Below, piece by piece: positions 10,269 to 19,781 of a DNA stretch of 64,000 bases. The notes under the pieces are model-generated. The model was not told the DNA's origin and ran no database searches. It saw only the letters and a program-made list of their open reading frames with translations. How positions within the stretch are numbered: the stretch's first letter is position 1; each line of letters opens with the position of its first letter. A program made the position numbers and the translations under genes. Source of the stretch: a virus; the IMG/VR virus record IMGVR_UViG_3300022073_000094; one strand, written 5' to 3'.

Positions 10269-10808
10269 TTAATCTTGAAAATAGACTTTTTCTTTTGTGA
10301 AATTGAGATTATAAATATCATAATCATCTTTTAAATAATCAACGACTTCGTCATTATTCACATTATTTAATGCTTTATCAACCTTATTAAACCAGTTATG
10401 ACCATAGTAATCATGTACTTTTAAATAATCTTCATTGTCTAATTCAATATTTTCAAAATTTTGATACGCTGTGTTAATTTCAATATGCTCGTTTGAAGTT
10501 GTAAGTAAAATTTCATTTTCTTCTACTCGATAGCTTACTTCTAATTCAACATCAACTTTAATCATCTCAGTCATTTCATCAATCACAATAGAGTGCTCAT
10601 CAATCTCAAGCGGAAAATTAAAAATATCCTGACCTACAACTAATTTAGTATCAAATGTAATAAGACCTGATTGTTGATCAAATCGCTCTATGCTTGTAAT
10701 ATTAAGATCTTTTTTAATAGAATAAATCTCAAAAAGATCATAAATTGTTTCAACTGCAAGACTAATTGCTTCTTTATTTAATCTTATTTCATCTAACATG
10801 TTTTTCAC
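10269..10808 (-). CDS. acidic hypothetical protein
   Basis: ORF with RBS GAGGTG. Confidence 0.7.
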   Translation of the reverse strand: MKNMLDEIRLNKEAISLAVETIYDLFEIYSIKKDLNITSIERFDQQSGLITFDTKLVVGQDIFNFPLEIDEHSIVIDEMTEMIKVDVELEVSYRVEENEILLTTSNEHIEINTAYQNFENIELDNEDYLKVHDYYGHNWFNKVDKALNNVNNDEVVDYLKDDYDIYNLNFTKEKVYFQD

Positions 10809-11134
10809 CTCTTCATTTATTATTTATTTTACTACAAAATCTTAAGTAAGTAATTAAGTTTAAAATTAAGTAACCATTTTTTAATTTTTTCAACCACTTT
10901 TTTAAATCCAGTTAAGCTAGATTTTTGCATTCTTGAATGTAATTGAATTTGAATCATTTTTAATTCTAATTTTGCTTCACTTGCTTTGATATGTTTATAT
11001 TTATATTGTTTTAAAATTTGGTTAATTTTTTTTATTCATCATTGATCACTCCTTAATTAACTATATTAATATAGTATCATAATACTAATTAAATGTAAAT
11101 AATAAAGACATGCATTTACGCATGTCTGAAAATT

Positions 11135-13249
11135 TTAAATGAATTTTAAAATGTCATTTTTAGAAATATAATTTGAACGTAAGTCAACTGTTTCCAAATC
11201 TTTATTCCAATTAATTAAGTCTTCATATTCTTCATCATTTCTTGCAATTAACACATCTGCTTTATTAATCACTTTATTGAGAGATAAATATGCATTTGAT
11301 TTAAGTTTAATAGCAGCATGTGCTTTTTCACTTAGATTATGACCATTCACAACTCTTTTACCTGTTGCAGTTGAATTAATGACATAAGTTCGAGTGTCAT
11401 CATATTCATTATAATGAGATGTTGCAAGATATGATCCATATTGCTTTTTACTTGCTGTCATAGGTAAAATCATTTTCATTTTTGAAATATCAGCATATTG
11501 ATCAATATCGACATCTTCATTAAGTGCAAGTTGATAATCAATTTGTGATGAATGTGAAGAATAATATAATGAAAAATCAAATGTTAAATTAGATTTTAAA
11601 TCTTTATTAACAAAAATTGTTTCGCTTGCAACACCATGAATATCGAGATCAGTCATGTCTCCTGAATATAAAATTTTATGATCTCTAGTTCTAGAAAGGC
11701 CATGCCATGAAACATATTGATCTTGTGTAGAATCATAACAACTCAAATCTAAATCAGCATGTTGTCTCCAAATCACACCCAATGAAGTATTGCCTTTTAA
11801 TGTAAGAGATGTAAACTCAGGTATATGACCAATAAAGTTTTTAGTTGATGTTGGCATTTTATAATCAATTTGTTGATATAAATCATCAACTCTAATCACT
11901 TTATTATAAAATTTATTCTCAATATATTTAGTAATTAAATTAAGCAATTTAGACTTAATAAACATAATTTGCTCTACTTTAAATGATAATTCACTCAATG
12001 TATAAGCTTTATCAATAGAATGTGATTTAATATAAGTTTGACCATTACGAATTTTATAAACTCGATGAATTGTATCATCAATTTGCATCGTTTGATGACC
12101 CACAACTTTATAATTTTTATGTTTTAAAATTTGATACAATTCTTCTGCTCTTAAACTAAATGCATTAAATAACTTGACGACTTGATACATTGAAATAAAA
12201 TCATTCTCAAGCTTATATTCTATTTCATTAATTAAATCTTTTACATCTATTTTTTCTTTGTCAACTAAATCAACAGCATGTGATAAAATATCAACTTTCA
12301 TTGGTTTATGATAAGTTTTTGACAAGCGACTTATTTTATTAATGATTGATTTTGTTTGATCATTTTTAAATGAAAGAAATATAGGTTTATATCGATTAAA
12401 AATTTCTGCAAGACCAATGTAACCATAAGATTGAATATAAGCATTAAGATATAATTCTATTTTATTTCTATCAACACTATTAGAATGCTTCATTGTACAT
12501 TCAATTAATGAAATCATGTTTTCAGATTTAATTAATAATGTTGAATGTGATGCAATTCTAACAATTAATCTTAAAAATTCATGTGGATTTTGAGGCAAGA
12601 TAAAGCGTTGACCTCTCTCTTCCATAATTTGATTTATTTTAATATACATTTCACACATTAATTCTTTATTATTTATATCAAGTTTTAAAATTTCTTCATA
12701 TGATAATAAATCAAAAACTAAATTAAAGATTGCATTTTTATCATTTTGACTTAATGGTTGCGATTTTGATACAAATTCTTTGATCATATCTTTCGCTTCA
12801 TCTAATGATACAAGTTCAATATATTTAAATGTATTTTTAAAATCAGCTCTTAAATTTTCAATATATTGATCTTCATCAACTTCTTCTGGCTCATAAATAT
12901 AATCTTTAAGTTGATCATTTTCAAGCATCATTGTACCGTAAGTTGACGCATAATGTAAAAGTTGAGTGACTAATAGTTCTAAATCAGACGCATCTTTTAC
13001 AGTACTAAATTTTTTATATAATGTTGATTGATTTTCTTCTTGAGATAGACCGTATAAATAACTAATATACTTTGCAAAATCTAATTGTTTATGCTCATCT
13101 AATTGTCTTAAAAAATCTAAATCAATAACAATACTATGAAGAATTAACTCTTTAAGAGCTTTAGGATTTAAGTCATATGTTGCATGATCTAAATCAATAC
13201 ATTTATTAAATAATTCAATCATGTTATATTGACATTCTAATCTTGACAT
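11135..13249 (-). CDS. large phage cytoplasmic protein, helical N-terminus plus probable TerD-like C-terminal domain
   Basis: LLHYASTYG; C-terminal GVIW...DLDLS...SW...LYSGDMT...ASE pattern resembles TerD-type domains; RBS AAGGTGGAG. Confidence 0.6.
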   Translation of the reverse strand: MSRLECQYNMIELFNKCIDLDHATYDLNPKALKELILHSIVIDLDFLRQLDEHKQLDFAKYISYLYGLSQEENQSTLYKKFSTVKDASDLELLVTQLLHYASTYGTMMLENDQLKDYIYEPEEVDEDQYIENLRADFKNTFKYIELVSLDEAKDMIKEFVSKSQPLSQNDKNAIFNLVFDLLSYEEILKLDINNKELMCEMYIKINQIMEERGQRFILPQNPHEFLRLIVRIASHSTLLIKSENMISLIECTMKHSNSVDRNKIELYLNAYIQSYGYIGLAEIFNRYKPIFLSFKNDQTKSIINKISRLSKTYHKPMKVDILSHAVDLVDKEKIDVKDLINEIEYKLENDFISMYQVVKLFNAFSLRAEELYQILKHKNYKVVGHQTMQIDDTIHRVYKIRNGQTYIKSHSIDKAYTLSELSFKVEQIMFIKSKLLNLITKYIENKFYNKVIRVDDLYQQIDYKMPTSTKNFIGHIPEFTSLTLKGNTSLGVIWRQHADLDLSCYDSTQDQYVSWHGLSRTRDHKILYSGDMTDLDIHGVASETIFVNKDLKSNLTFDFSLYYSSHSSQIDYQLALNEDVDIDQYADISKMKMILPMTASKKQYGSYLATSHYNEYDDTRTYVINSTATGKRVVNGHNLSEKAHAAIKLKSNAYLSLNKVINKADVLIARNDEEYEDLINWNKDLETVDLRSNYISKNDILKFI

Positions 13250-13285
13250 ATTAATCTCCACCTTAATTTAAATTATGTATGACAT

Positions 13286-13449
13286 AAAAAATGATCTTGC
13301 GAATTGTAAAGCTGCCCTATTTTGATTATTGTAAATATGAGGAACAATTTTTGCAAGATCATTTTTTATGCTTATTCTAAAATTTAGCGAAGTGTATTCG
13401 TTTATTTATCCAAAATAATTTTTTAATAATGAGGAACACTTTATGCTAA
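13286..13449 (-). ncRNA. two tandem stem-loops sharing the motif UGUUCCUCAU (candidate ncRNAs or leader)
   Basis: 13286-13367 (AAAAAATGATCTTGC/GCAAGATCATTTTTT) and 13384-13449 (TTAGC..AAGTGT/ACACTT..GCTAA); both carry ATGAGGAACA on the plus strand. Confidence 0.45.
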
Positions 13450-13499
13450 AAATTTATTGTAAATTAATTATATCTTAAGTTACAAAGAAAGTACATACG

Positions 13500-13757
13500 T
13501 TATGCTAAAAGATTTTCAATGTATTCTTTTGGCTTCATTCCACTAAACGATTCAATAACTTCATTGTCTTTCTTAATGAAAACTGTAGGCACACTCATCA
13601 CGCCATATTTAGCTGCTAAATCAGGATTCTTATCAACGTCAAGTTTTGTGACTGTTAAATCGTCATGTTCTTTATCGATTTCTTCGATAATAGGTGCTAA
13701 ACTCTTACATGGACCACACCATGTTGCGTAAAAATCAATTAATTCTACATCTTTCAT
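13500..13757 (-). CDS. trxA: thioredoxin
   Basis: FYATWCGPCK active site, YGVMSVPT cis-Pro motif. Confidence 0.93.
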   Translation of the reverse strand: MKDVELIDFYATWCGPCKSLAPIIEEIDKEHDDLTVTKLDVDKNPDLAAKYGVMSVPTVFIKKDNEVIESFSGMKPKEYIENLLA

Positions 13758-13821
13758 TATCTTCACTCCTCCTTGAATATTTTATTATAAATCAAAATGA
13801 TCTAAATAAACACCTTTAGCT

Positions 13822-14199
13822 TTAAAAAGTTGGAATAAGTTGATCTATTGTACATTTAATTGATTTTTGACCTGTTTTATCAGTCATATAAACAGGAGTA
13901 TAAGAATGACATAATTCTAACATGACTTGTCTACAATCACCACATGGATAAGTAGGTTCATCTGAATCAGAAGTAATCGTAATCGACTTAATATCGCCTT
14001 TTTTATAGCCTTTAGTGATTGAATGTAACATTGCATTTCTTTCAGCACAAATTGTTGAGCCATAAGCTGTATTTTCAACATTCACACCTTTAATCAACGT
14101 TCCATCTTTCATCTCTAAAATACAGCCGACATGAAAATGTGAATATGGACAATATGCATTATGCTTGATTTCATTTGCTTCTTTATAATGCTGTGACAT
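13822..14199 (-). CDS. cdd: cytidine deaminase (homotetrameric type)
   Basis: AYCPYSHFHVG, NVENTAYGSTICAERNA, PCGDCRQ zinc ligands. Confidence 0.92.
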   Translation of the reverse strand: MSQHYKEANEIKHNAYCPYSHFHVGCILEMKDGTLIKGVNVENTAYGSTICAERNAMLHSITKGYKKGDIKSITITSDSDEPTYPCGDCRQVMLELCHSYTPVYMTDKTGQKSIKCTIDQLIPTF

Positions 14200-14312
14200 A
14201 ATAAAAACCTCTTTCTTCATAAGAAAAAATAGCAATTTCTTAATTACCAAAAATTGCTATTTTTCTATTTAATTAATAATTTAATTTTAAATCATTTTAG
14301 TAATGAAGTACA

Positions 14313-14753
14313 TTAATCAAATTTTTTATGGAAAGTTAAGTGGAAATAATGTTTTTTACCATGGAACCAATAAAAGATTTTTTTAGTAATTTTCTTACCA
14401 TGTTTTTGTTGATGTTCAAATTCTGCTTTTTGACTATCTGCAACTTCAATCATCCATTTACCATCTTTTTTATATGAGAATGTTGCAAATCCGTCATATT
14501 TTTCATATTTATTTAATTTAGTTGAATCTTTCACAATTTTAATTGCTTGACCTTGCACTTTTTTCTTAGCAGTTTGTTGACTATCAGCATTATAAACTTT
14601 ATAAGATTTAGCAGTATTGGGATCCTTCCATTTAGCTGTTGAACTACTATCTGCTGCATGAGCATCATGTGTGCCAACTGCTCCTCCTAATGCGCCTGTT
14701 AAAGTAACTGCACTCGCTAAAACTGTAGATGTTAGTAATTTTTTAATATTCAT
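14313..14753 (-). CDS. secreted protein with Sec signal peptide
   Basis: MNIKKLLTSTVLASAVTLTGALGG...AHA|AD signal; Lys-rich mature part. Confidence 0.75.
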   Translation of the reverse strand: MNIKKLLTSTVLASAVTLTGALGGAVGTHDAHAADSSSTAKWKDPNTAKSYKVYNADSQQTAKKKVQGQAIKIVKDSTKLNKYEKYDGFATFSYKKDGKWMIEVADSQKAEFEHQQKHGKKITKKIFYWFHGKKHYFHLTFHKKFD

Positions 14754-14970
14754 TTTAAAAACCCTTCCTTTTATCAAATTATTTTTAATTGTAATTCTAG
14801 TATTTGATCAAATTACCTTATAATTGAATCATATACTGATCTCTCTCGGAAGTAAATGGCTTTTTTAAAATATTTTTCAGATCTTTTCAGATCACTTTAA
14901 ATGACTCAAAAGAAGGCATAAAAAAAGCACTCTATAATTAAATAGAGTGTGAATTGAAAAAATATAGTAA

Positions 14971-15043
14971 TGAGCCGTACAGAACTCGAATCTGCGACAT
15001 TCTGATTAAAAGTCAGATGCTCTTCCAGCTGAGCTAACGGCTC
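14971..15043 (-). tRNA. tRNA-Lys(UUU)
   Basis: complete cloverleaf, anticodon arm CTGA-CTTTTAA-TCAG, TTCGA loop; no encoded CCA. Confidence 0.95.
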
Positions 15044-15058
15044 ATAATATAAAATTGA

Positions 15059-15133
15059 TTGCAACGAACAATATTTGAACTCACAACATCCAGATTATGA
15101 AGTTGGCAAGCTAACCAGACTGCTTTACCCGCA
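15059..15133 (-). pseudogene. decayed initiator-type tRNA-Met(CAU)
   Basis: GCGGGTAAAGCAGTCTGGTTAGCT...TTCATAA...GTTCAAAT resembles tRNA-fMet, but the T, anticodon and acceptor stems are mismatched. Confidence 0.65.
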
Positions 15134-15147
15134 ATAATAAATAATGA

Positions 15148-15218
15148 TAGGAGTTGAAAGAATTGAACTTCCATCTTTGCCTTATCAAGACACCGCTCTA
15201 CCATTGAGCTAAACTCCT
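15148..15218 (-). tRNA. tRNA-Ile(GAU)
   Basis: AGGAGTT/AACTCCT acceptor, loop TTGATAA; one mismatch at the top of the anticodon stem. Confidence 0.85.
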
Positions 15219-15225
15219 TTAATAG

Positions 15226-15295
15226 TGGATCCTGAAGGTAACGCTCCCTCTTCAACCGGTTATGAGCCAGATGCTCTACTTTTGAGCTAAGGATC
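15226..15295 (-). tRNA. tRNA-Met or Ile2 (CAU) with atypical T-loop
   Basis: GGATCCT/AGGATCC acceptor, loop CTCATAA, T-loop AGCGTTA instead of TTCRA. Confidence 0.8.
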
Positions 15296-15493
15296 CTTAA
15301 TGTAAATCCATCACATTGTAATTAAAGACTAATTATAAGTCTACATTGACTTAAAAAACTAAGACAAAGTAGTTAACAAAATTATTATTAATTTCAATTA
15401 ATAATTAAAAAGGTTATAATAAAATAACCTACATGAAATTTATTGTATTAATTATAAATAAAGTTATGCACTCTATTTATAAAATAAATTTAA

Positions 15494-15564
15494 CTGCTGA
15501 ACAAGGGATCGAACCTCGATTACTAGATCCAAATTCTAGTGTCTTACCATTAGACCATTCAGCA
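15494..15564 (-). tRNA. tRNA-Gln(UUG)
   Basis: TGCTGAA/TTCAGCA acceptor (U1-A72), CTAGA-ATTTGGA-TCTAG anticodon arm. Confidence 0.88.
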
Positions 15565-15575
15565 TTAATAAAAAG

Positions 15576-15649
15576 CGGTTCTGATGGGATTTGAACCCAC
15601 GATCTCTTGCGTGACAAGCAAGTGTGTTAAACCACTTCACTACAGAACC
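15576..15649 (-). tRNA. tRNA-Asp(GUC)
   Basis: GGTTCTG/CAGAACC acceptor, CTTGC-TTGTCAC-GCAAG anticodon arm, G73. Confidence 0.93.
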
Positions 15650-15653
15650 ATAA

Positions 15654-15729
15654 CTGTCGAGGTGAGGATCGAACTCACAATAAGACCTGATTAACAGTCA
15701 GGCGCGTCTACCAATTTCGCCACTCGACA
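15654..15729 (-). tRNA. tRNA-Asn(GUU)
   Basis: TGTCGAG/CTCGACA acceptor (U1-A72), CCTGA-CTGTTAA-TCAGG anticodon arm, G73, 7-nt variable loop. Confidence 0.9.
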
Positions 15730-16030
15730 CTAATTTTTAATTCACTTATTTTATGTTGATTAATTAACTATAAAATTATTTTATTATGTTCTTTAATAAG
15801 AGTAAACAGGCGTACTAAAATTAATTCTAATTTATTGTAATTTATGAGAGCCTGATTCTCTTAATTCAATCATATATCTTATTAATAATTAAGTACTTAA
15901 AATTCTTTTAATTTAACATAGTTGCAACAATAAAAAATTAAACAGCTAAAAAGATATCTAGCCGCTTAGTATCTTTGATTTTTATTTTTTAATCTTTTTT
16001 CTAATTCAACATATTCTTCAATTGTTTTAA

Positions 16031-16406
16031 GGTATTGAAAATGTAACTAAAATATTTACTTAATATTAGAAAAATAATACTAGTTGAATATTTAGCTATT
16101 TTAACTGCATTTATAATGACGAAGTCATTTTCTTTGTCGTTAAATGCTTTAACTCTTAGAAAAAAGAAATGGTCATTTTACAAAGCATCACTAACGCGTA
16201 TATACCAAATACGCTACACTTAAGCTGGTCTGCGAAACAGACATCGCTCGTGAATTTTTAATAATAAAATAATCAAATAGTCTTTTTAATCTAATTAATT
16301 AACGTTTTCGATAATGCAAATCATTATGATGTTACTCTTAATATAAATCAAATCAACTATATTAATATATTATCATTATTCTATCATGAAGTAAATAACT
16401 TATATT
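16031..16406 (-). ncRNA. TnpB-less copy of the IS607 right-end/omega RNA with its own promoter (copy 1)
   Basis: about 375 bp inverted copy of 53981-54354; 3' ~230 nt homologous to 50300-50534 (CCAGCTTA, TTGGTATA.GCG.TTAG, TTAACGACAAAG, GTTCAACTAGTATT, AAGTAAATATTTTA, ATACC end). Confidence 0.7.
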
Positions 16407-16417
16407 AATTTAATTAA

Positions 16418-17182
16418 CTATATATTTTCACACTTTCCATTTGTATTTGTATTTCTATTTGTATTTTTATCTTTCAATCTTTTTTCTAATTCAACATATT
16501 CTTCAATGGTTTTAATGTTTTGATTATCATTTAAATAACAATAGTAAAATTGCAATGCTTCATCTTTTGATAAGTATTTAGGCTTTAATATTTTATCACT
16601 TAAAATTGTTTTAATATCACTATCTTCATATTTGACCTGATCAAATTTTTTATATTGATCTTTATCGACTTTTAATTCATATGATTGAACTGTAATTAAA
16701 TGATTATAAACGCCAAGTTCATCATATATATCTTTTAACACAACATCATGATTTTTAATTAATTCATGTAATAAATAAACTTTCTCGTAATCATCTTTAT
16801 CAACATATTCTTCATTTAATTTATCTTGTAATTGATTTACTTCATCATTAATAACATTATTCAAACGTTTATAATCGAGATAGATCAAATATATAAATAG
16901 AAACATTGAAGGTATGATTGAACTTAACAAATCCATAATAATAAAATAATTAAAATATTGGTTAATAGGACCCACTAAATAATTAATTACAGGCACAAGA
17001 ATTAAAGGTGTAACTATAAACATAAATGAAATTAAAATAAGTAGATAATTAACAAATAATAAACTATAAAGATGATTATATTTCTTATATACTTGCGTAT
17101 ATTTCATGTCTTTGATAAAATCAATAAAATTGTTATAATTATTTTCTTCTAACAAATTTTGCTTAACAATTTGAAATTCCAT
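16418..17182 (-). CDS. 2-TM membrane protein, expanded paralog family
   Basis: two TM helices followed by YEKVYLLHELIK. Confidence 0.8.
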   Translation of the reverse strand: MEFQIVKQNLLEENNYNNFIDFIKDMKYTQVYKKYNHLYSLLFVNYLLILISFMFIVTPLILVPVINYLVGPINQYFNYFIIMDLLSSIIPSMFLFIYLIYLDYKRLNNVINDEVNQLQDKLNEEYVDKDDYEKVYLLHELIKNHDVVLKDIYDELGVYNHLITVQSYELKVDKDQYKKFDQVKYEDSDIKTILSDKILKPKYLSKDEALQFYYCYLNDNQNIKTIEEYVELEKRLKDKNTNRNTNTNGKCENI

Positions 17183-17883
17183 TATTTCATCACCACTTTA
17201 TTTTTGTATTTTATTTTGTCAACTTGATGTCGATAATCTTCATATGACTCAATTCTTTCTAAATCTAAGTCTAATTCTTTAATTTTATTCATAATTAGTT
17301 CATTCATTTGATTTTCATTTAAAGGCTTATTTAACTCATGATATGCTTGCAATTGATATTTATCCAAATAATTTAATAATGATTCATCATATTGAGATTG
17401 TAAAACATCAAATTCTTTTAGATTTATATCCATCACAAGTCTATTTTGTTCATCATAAATAAAGTTGACATGTGATTTAAATAATTCATTACTTTTTAAT
17501 AATTGATATACATTCATCATAATATCAGGATCATTTTTAAGATAAATCATGTTATTTAAAAAATTGAGTTCTTTATGTTTTAATCGATTAGCATTATAAT
17601 TTGCAACTTTAGGATTATAATAAAAAACATTACCTATAAGCATGACACCTAGAGGTGCTGAAAACATTAAAATAAATATAACGAAAGGTGCAATATAATC
17701 AGATAATTGATCTTTTGGCGTAGAAGTTATTAAATATTTTGCTAAATTTAATAATCCTATATAAATCACTAAATAAATGATTGATGCAATAATTGATTTT
17801 TTTCTAATATCTTTATAATCTTCGATTGTATCGTTCATTTCTTCTCGAAAATATTGATCATTAAATAAATATTTGATTTTCAT
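17182..17883 (-). CDS. 2-TM membrane protein, paralog family
   Basis: same topology and a similar C-terminal domain. Confidence 0.75.
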   Translation of the reverse strand: MKIKYLFNDQYFREEMNDTIEDYKDIRKKSIIASIIYLVIYIGLLNLAKYLITSTPKDQLSDYIAPFVIFILMFSAPLGVMLIGNVFYYNPKVANYNANRLKHKELNFLNNMIYLKNDPDIMMNVYQLLKSNELFKSHVNFIYDEQNRLVMDINLKEFDVLQSQYDESLLNYLDKYQLQAYHELNKPLNENQMNELIMNKIKELDLDLERIESYEDYRHQVDKIKYKNKVVMK

Positions 17884-18071
17884 TTTATTTGCTTCCTTTC
17901 AATCTTCTAATTTTATTTTATATAAAAATAATATCATAATACTAATTTTAAGTAAATAATAAAGATCTTACTTGATAACATGTAAGATCTCTATAGTAAG
18001 ACAATCAAATCAAATTAATAAAACTAATATGAAATTATATCTTAACTTTATTTATAATGTTTGACTTACTA

Positions 18072-18109
18072 GGTATTGAAAATGTAACTAAGATATTTAC
18101 TTAATATTA
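18072..18109 (-). repeat. 38-bp remnant of the IS607-type right end
   Basis: GGTATTGAAAATGTAACTAAGATATTTACTTAATATTA, near-identical to 16031-16068. Confidence 0.8.
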
Positions 18110-18294
18110 AAATGATAAATTTGATCTCCATCTTTATCATCATTTGCAATTTTTAATAAGTTTTTTAATTCGTTTTTATTATGATTTAACAAATCAGATG
18201 TAAATTCATCTCGTCTAAAATCAATGGCATACAACCAACTATTTTCTTGTAAAGAACTTATTTTACCTAATTTTTTTGCCATTACTATTTTCAC
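18097..18294 (-). CDS. small hypothetical protein; stop codon lies inside the right-end remnant
   Basis: GTG start with RBS AGGAAGG. Confidence 0.55.
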   Translation of the reverse strand: MKIVMAKKLGKISSLQENSWLYAIDFRRDEFTSDLLNHNKNELKNLLKIANDDKDGDQIYHFNIK

Positions 18295-18354
18295 CTTCCT
18301 ATAATTTAATTATACTAAAATAAAGATAATTTTTATACGATTACTTACATAAAT

Positions 18355-18438
18355 TTATGAATTTTTAATTGATTTTAAACCTAAAATATTCACTACACCT
18401 AAAATAATTAAACTTGCAAAAATATATCCTAATAACAT
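18355..18438 (-). CDS. 27-aa hydrophobic peptide MLLGYIFASLIILGVVNILGLKSIKNS (not in ORF track)
   Basis: RBS AAGGGAAG, family promoter at ~18488-18515, single TM plus basic tail. Confidence 0.55.
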   Translation of the reverse strand: MLLGYIFASLIILGVVNILGLKSIKNS

Positions 18439-18649
18439 ATTAAATCTTCCCTTAATTGTTTTTAAATTTAATTTTATGTGATTAATAATATTATAATACT
18501 AATTTTAAGTAAATAACTAAAGTCTTACTTAAACATAAGATGCATTGATAGAATCTTTTTTAATATCACTTATCCTTTACTCCATTAAAAGATTAAAAGA
18601 TTATCATAAAGGAATTATCTGCCTTCATATAAAAAAGCAGAAAGCATGT

Positions 18650-19351
18650 TTAATCTTCAGTTAATTCTTTTAATTCTTGTTTTAATTGAGATTGATCAAA
18701 GCCCCGTGTAGTGTGAATTTTATTGATCGCTTCATTCACAGTTTCACTACGACTTACTGATTTTAATCGAGCTAGCTGATTGACCATATTAAAATAAGTT
18801 TTTGCGATTTTCTTAACTTCTTCTTCATTGATCTTTTTAGTTGCAATGATTGCTTTATAATATGCAACTAGATCTCCTTCGTCATTAAAATTAGACTCAT
18901 TCATAAACTTTTCGCATGATTTTTTAATTTTATATTTTTCGTCCCTCAGTCTATCATATATTCCAAAATTATAACCTGCATCATCATAAGCGTTGAAATT
19001 ATTATAAGGCGTGATTTGATATTCTAAGTATTTATCTTGAGGATCAAAACTGACTGAATCATAATTATCATTTATATTATTAGTTTCAACTGCCTTTTTT
19101 GCCGATAATAATTCATATAGTAACTTAACATCAGTTACATCATCTTTATTAATAAAAAACAATTGATAGTCTTTTTTTGTTTCGCCGTTAAATGATTTTT
19201 TCAACCACTCTAAGTTTTTATTTAATTTACCTTTATTTAATTGATGATCATTATTTTTATTTTTATTATTTATGAGTATTACGATAAACGGAAGATATAT
19301 CAATGCAATTAGCATTAATATTGTTATTACTATGACTAACACTATAAACAT
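18650..19351 (-). CDS. membrane-anchored protein with coiled-coil tail
   Basis: N-terminal TM, DVKLLYELL similar to the family motif. Confidence 0.75.
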   Translation of the reverse strand: MFIVLVIVITILMLIALIYLPFIVILINNKNKNNDHQLNKGKLNKNLEWLKKSFNGETKKDYQLFFINKDDVTDVKLLYELLSAKKAVETNNINDNYDSVSFDPQDKYLEYQITPYNNFNAYDDAGYNFGIYDRLRDEKYKIKKSCEKFMNESNFNDEGDLVAYYKAIIATKKINEEEVKKIAKTYFNMVNQLARLKSVSRSETVNEAINKIHTTRGFDQSQLKQELKELTED

Positions 19352-19781
19352 CTTATAACATCTCCTTAACTTAATTATTTAAGTACAAAACAATGAGTAA
19401 CTATTTTAATGAAATCTTGTTATACTAAATGTATCGTTTATGTTTCTAAGTGTTGAATTTTCTTGTAACTTCAATGCATGTGTTAGAATCATATTTTGAA
19501 GATCAAAAGGTAAGTTTTCAAATTCTTCATTCTCATTATGAGAACCCATGACTATTTTCATTACTTGTTCAATGTATTCTTCTAAAATTTTGCGCCATCT
19601 CTTGTCGGCGATTAACCATTTTTATCTTCTCCTTTTTTTATGATATATCAATAATACCACAATACTAATTATATGTAAATACATAAATTACTAAAATAAA
19701 TGCAACGACACTTAATAAAACACAAAAAAGATCTTATTTAATCTATATTAAACATGATCTTTTTTGTGCAATAAATTATAT

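Noticed and set aside
10832-19619. Apparent phase-variable genes: single extra A in homopolymers breaks ORFs at 10832-11042 and 19406-19619 (also 56231-56408)
   Set aside because: All three are +1 in A runs, the typical signature of homopolymer sequencing error; cannot be called phase variation without reads
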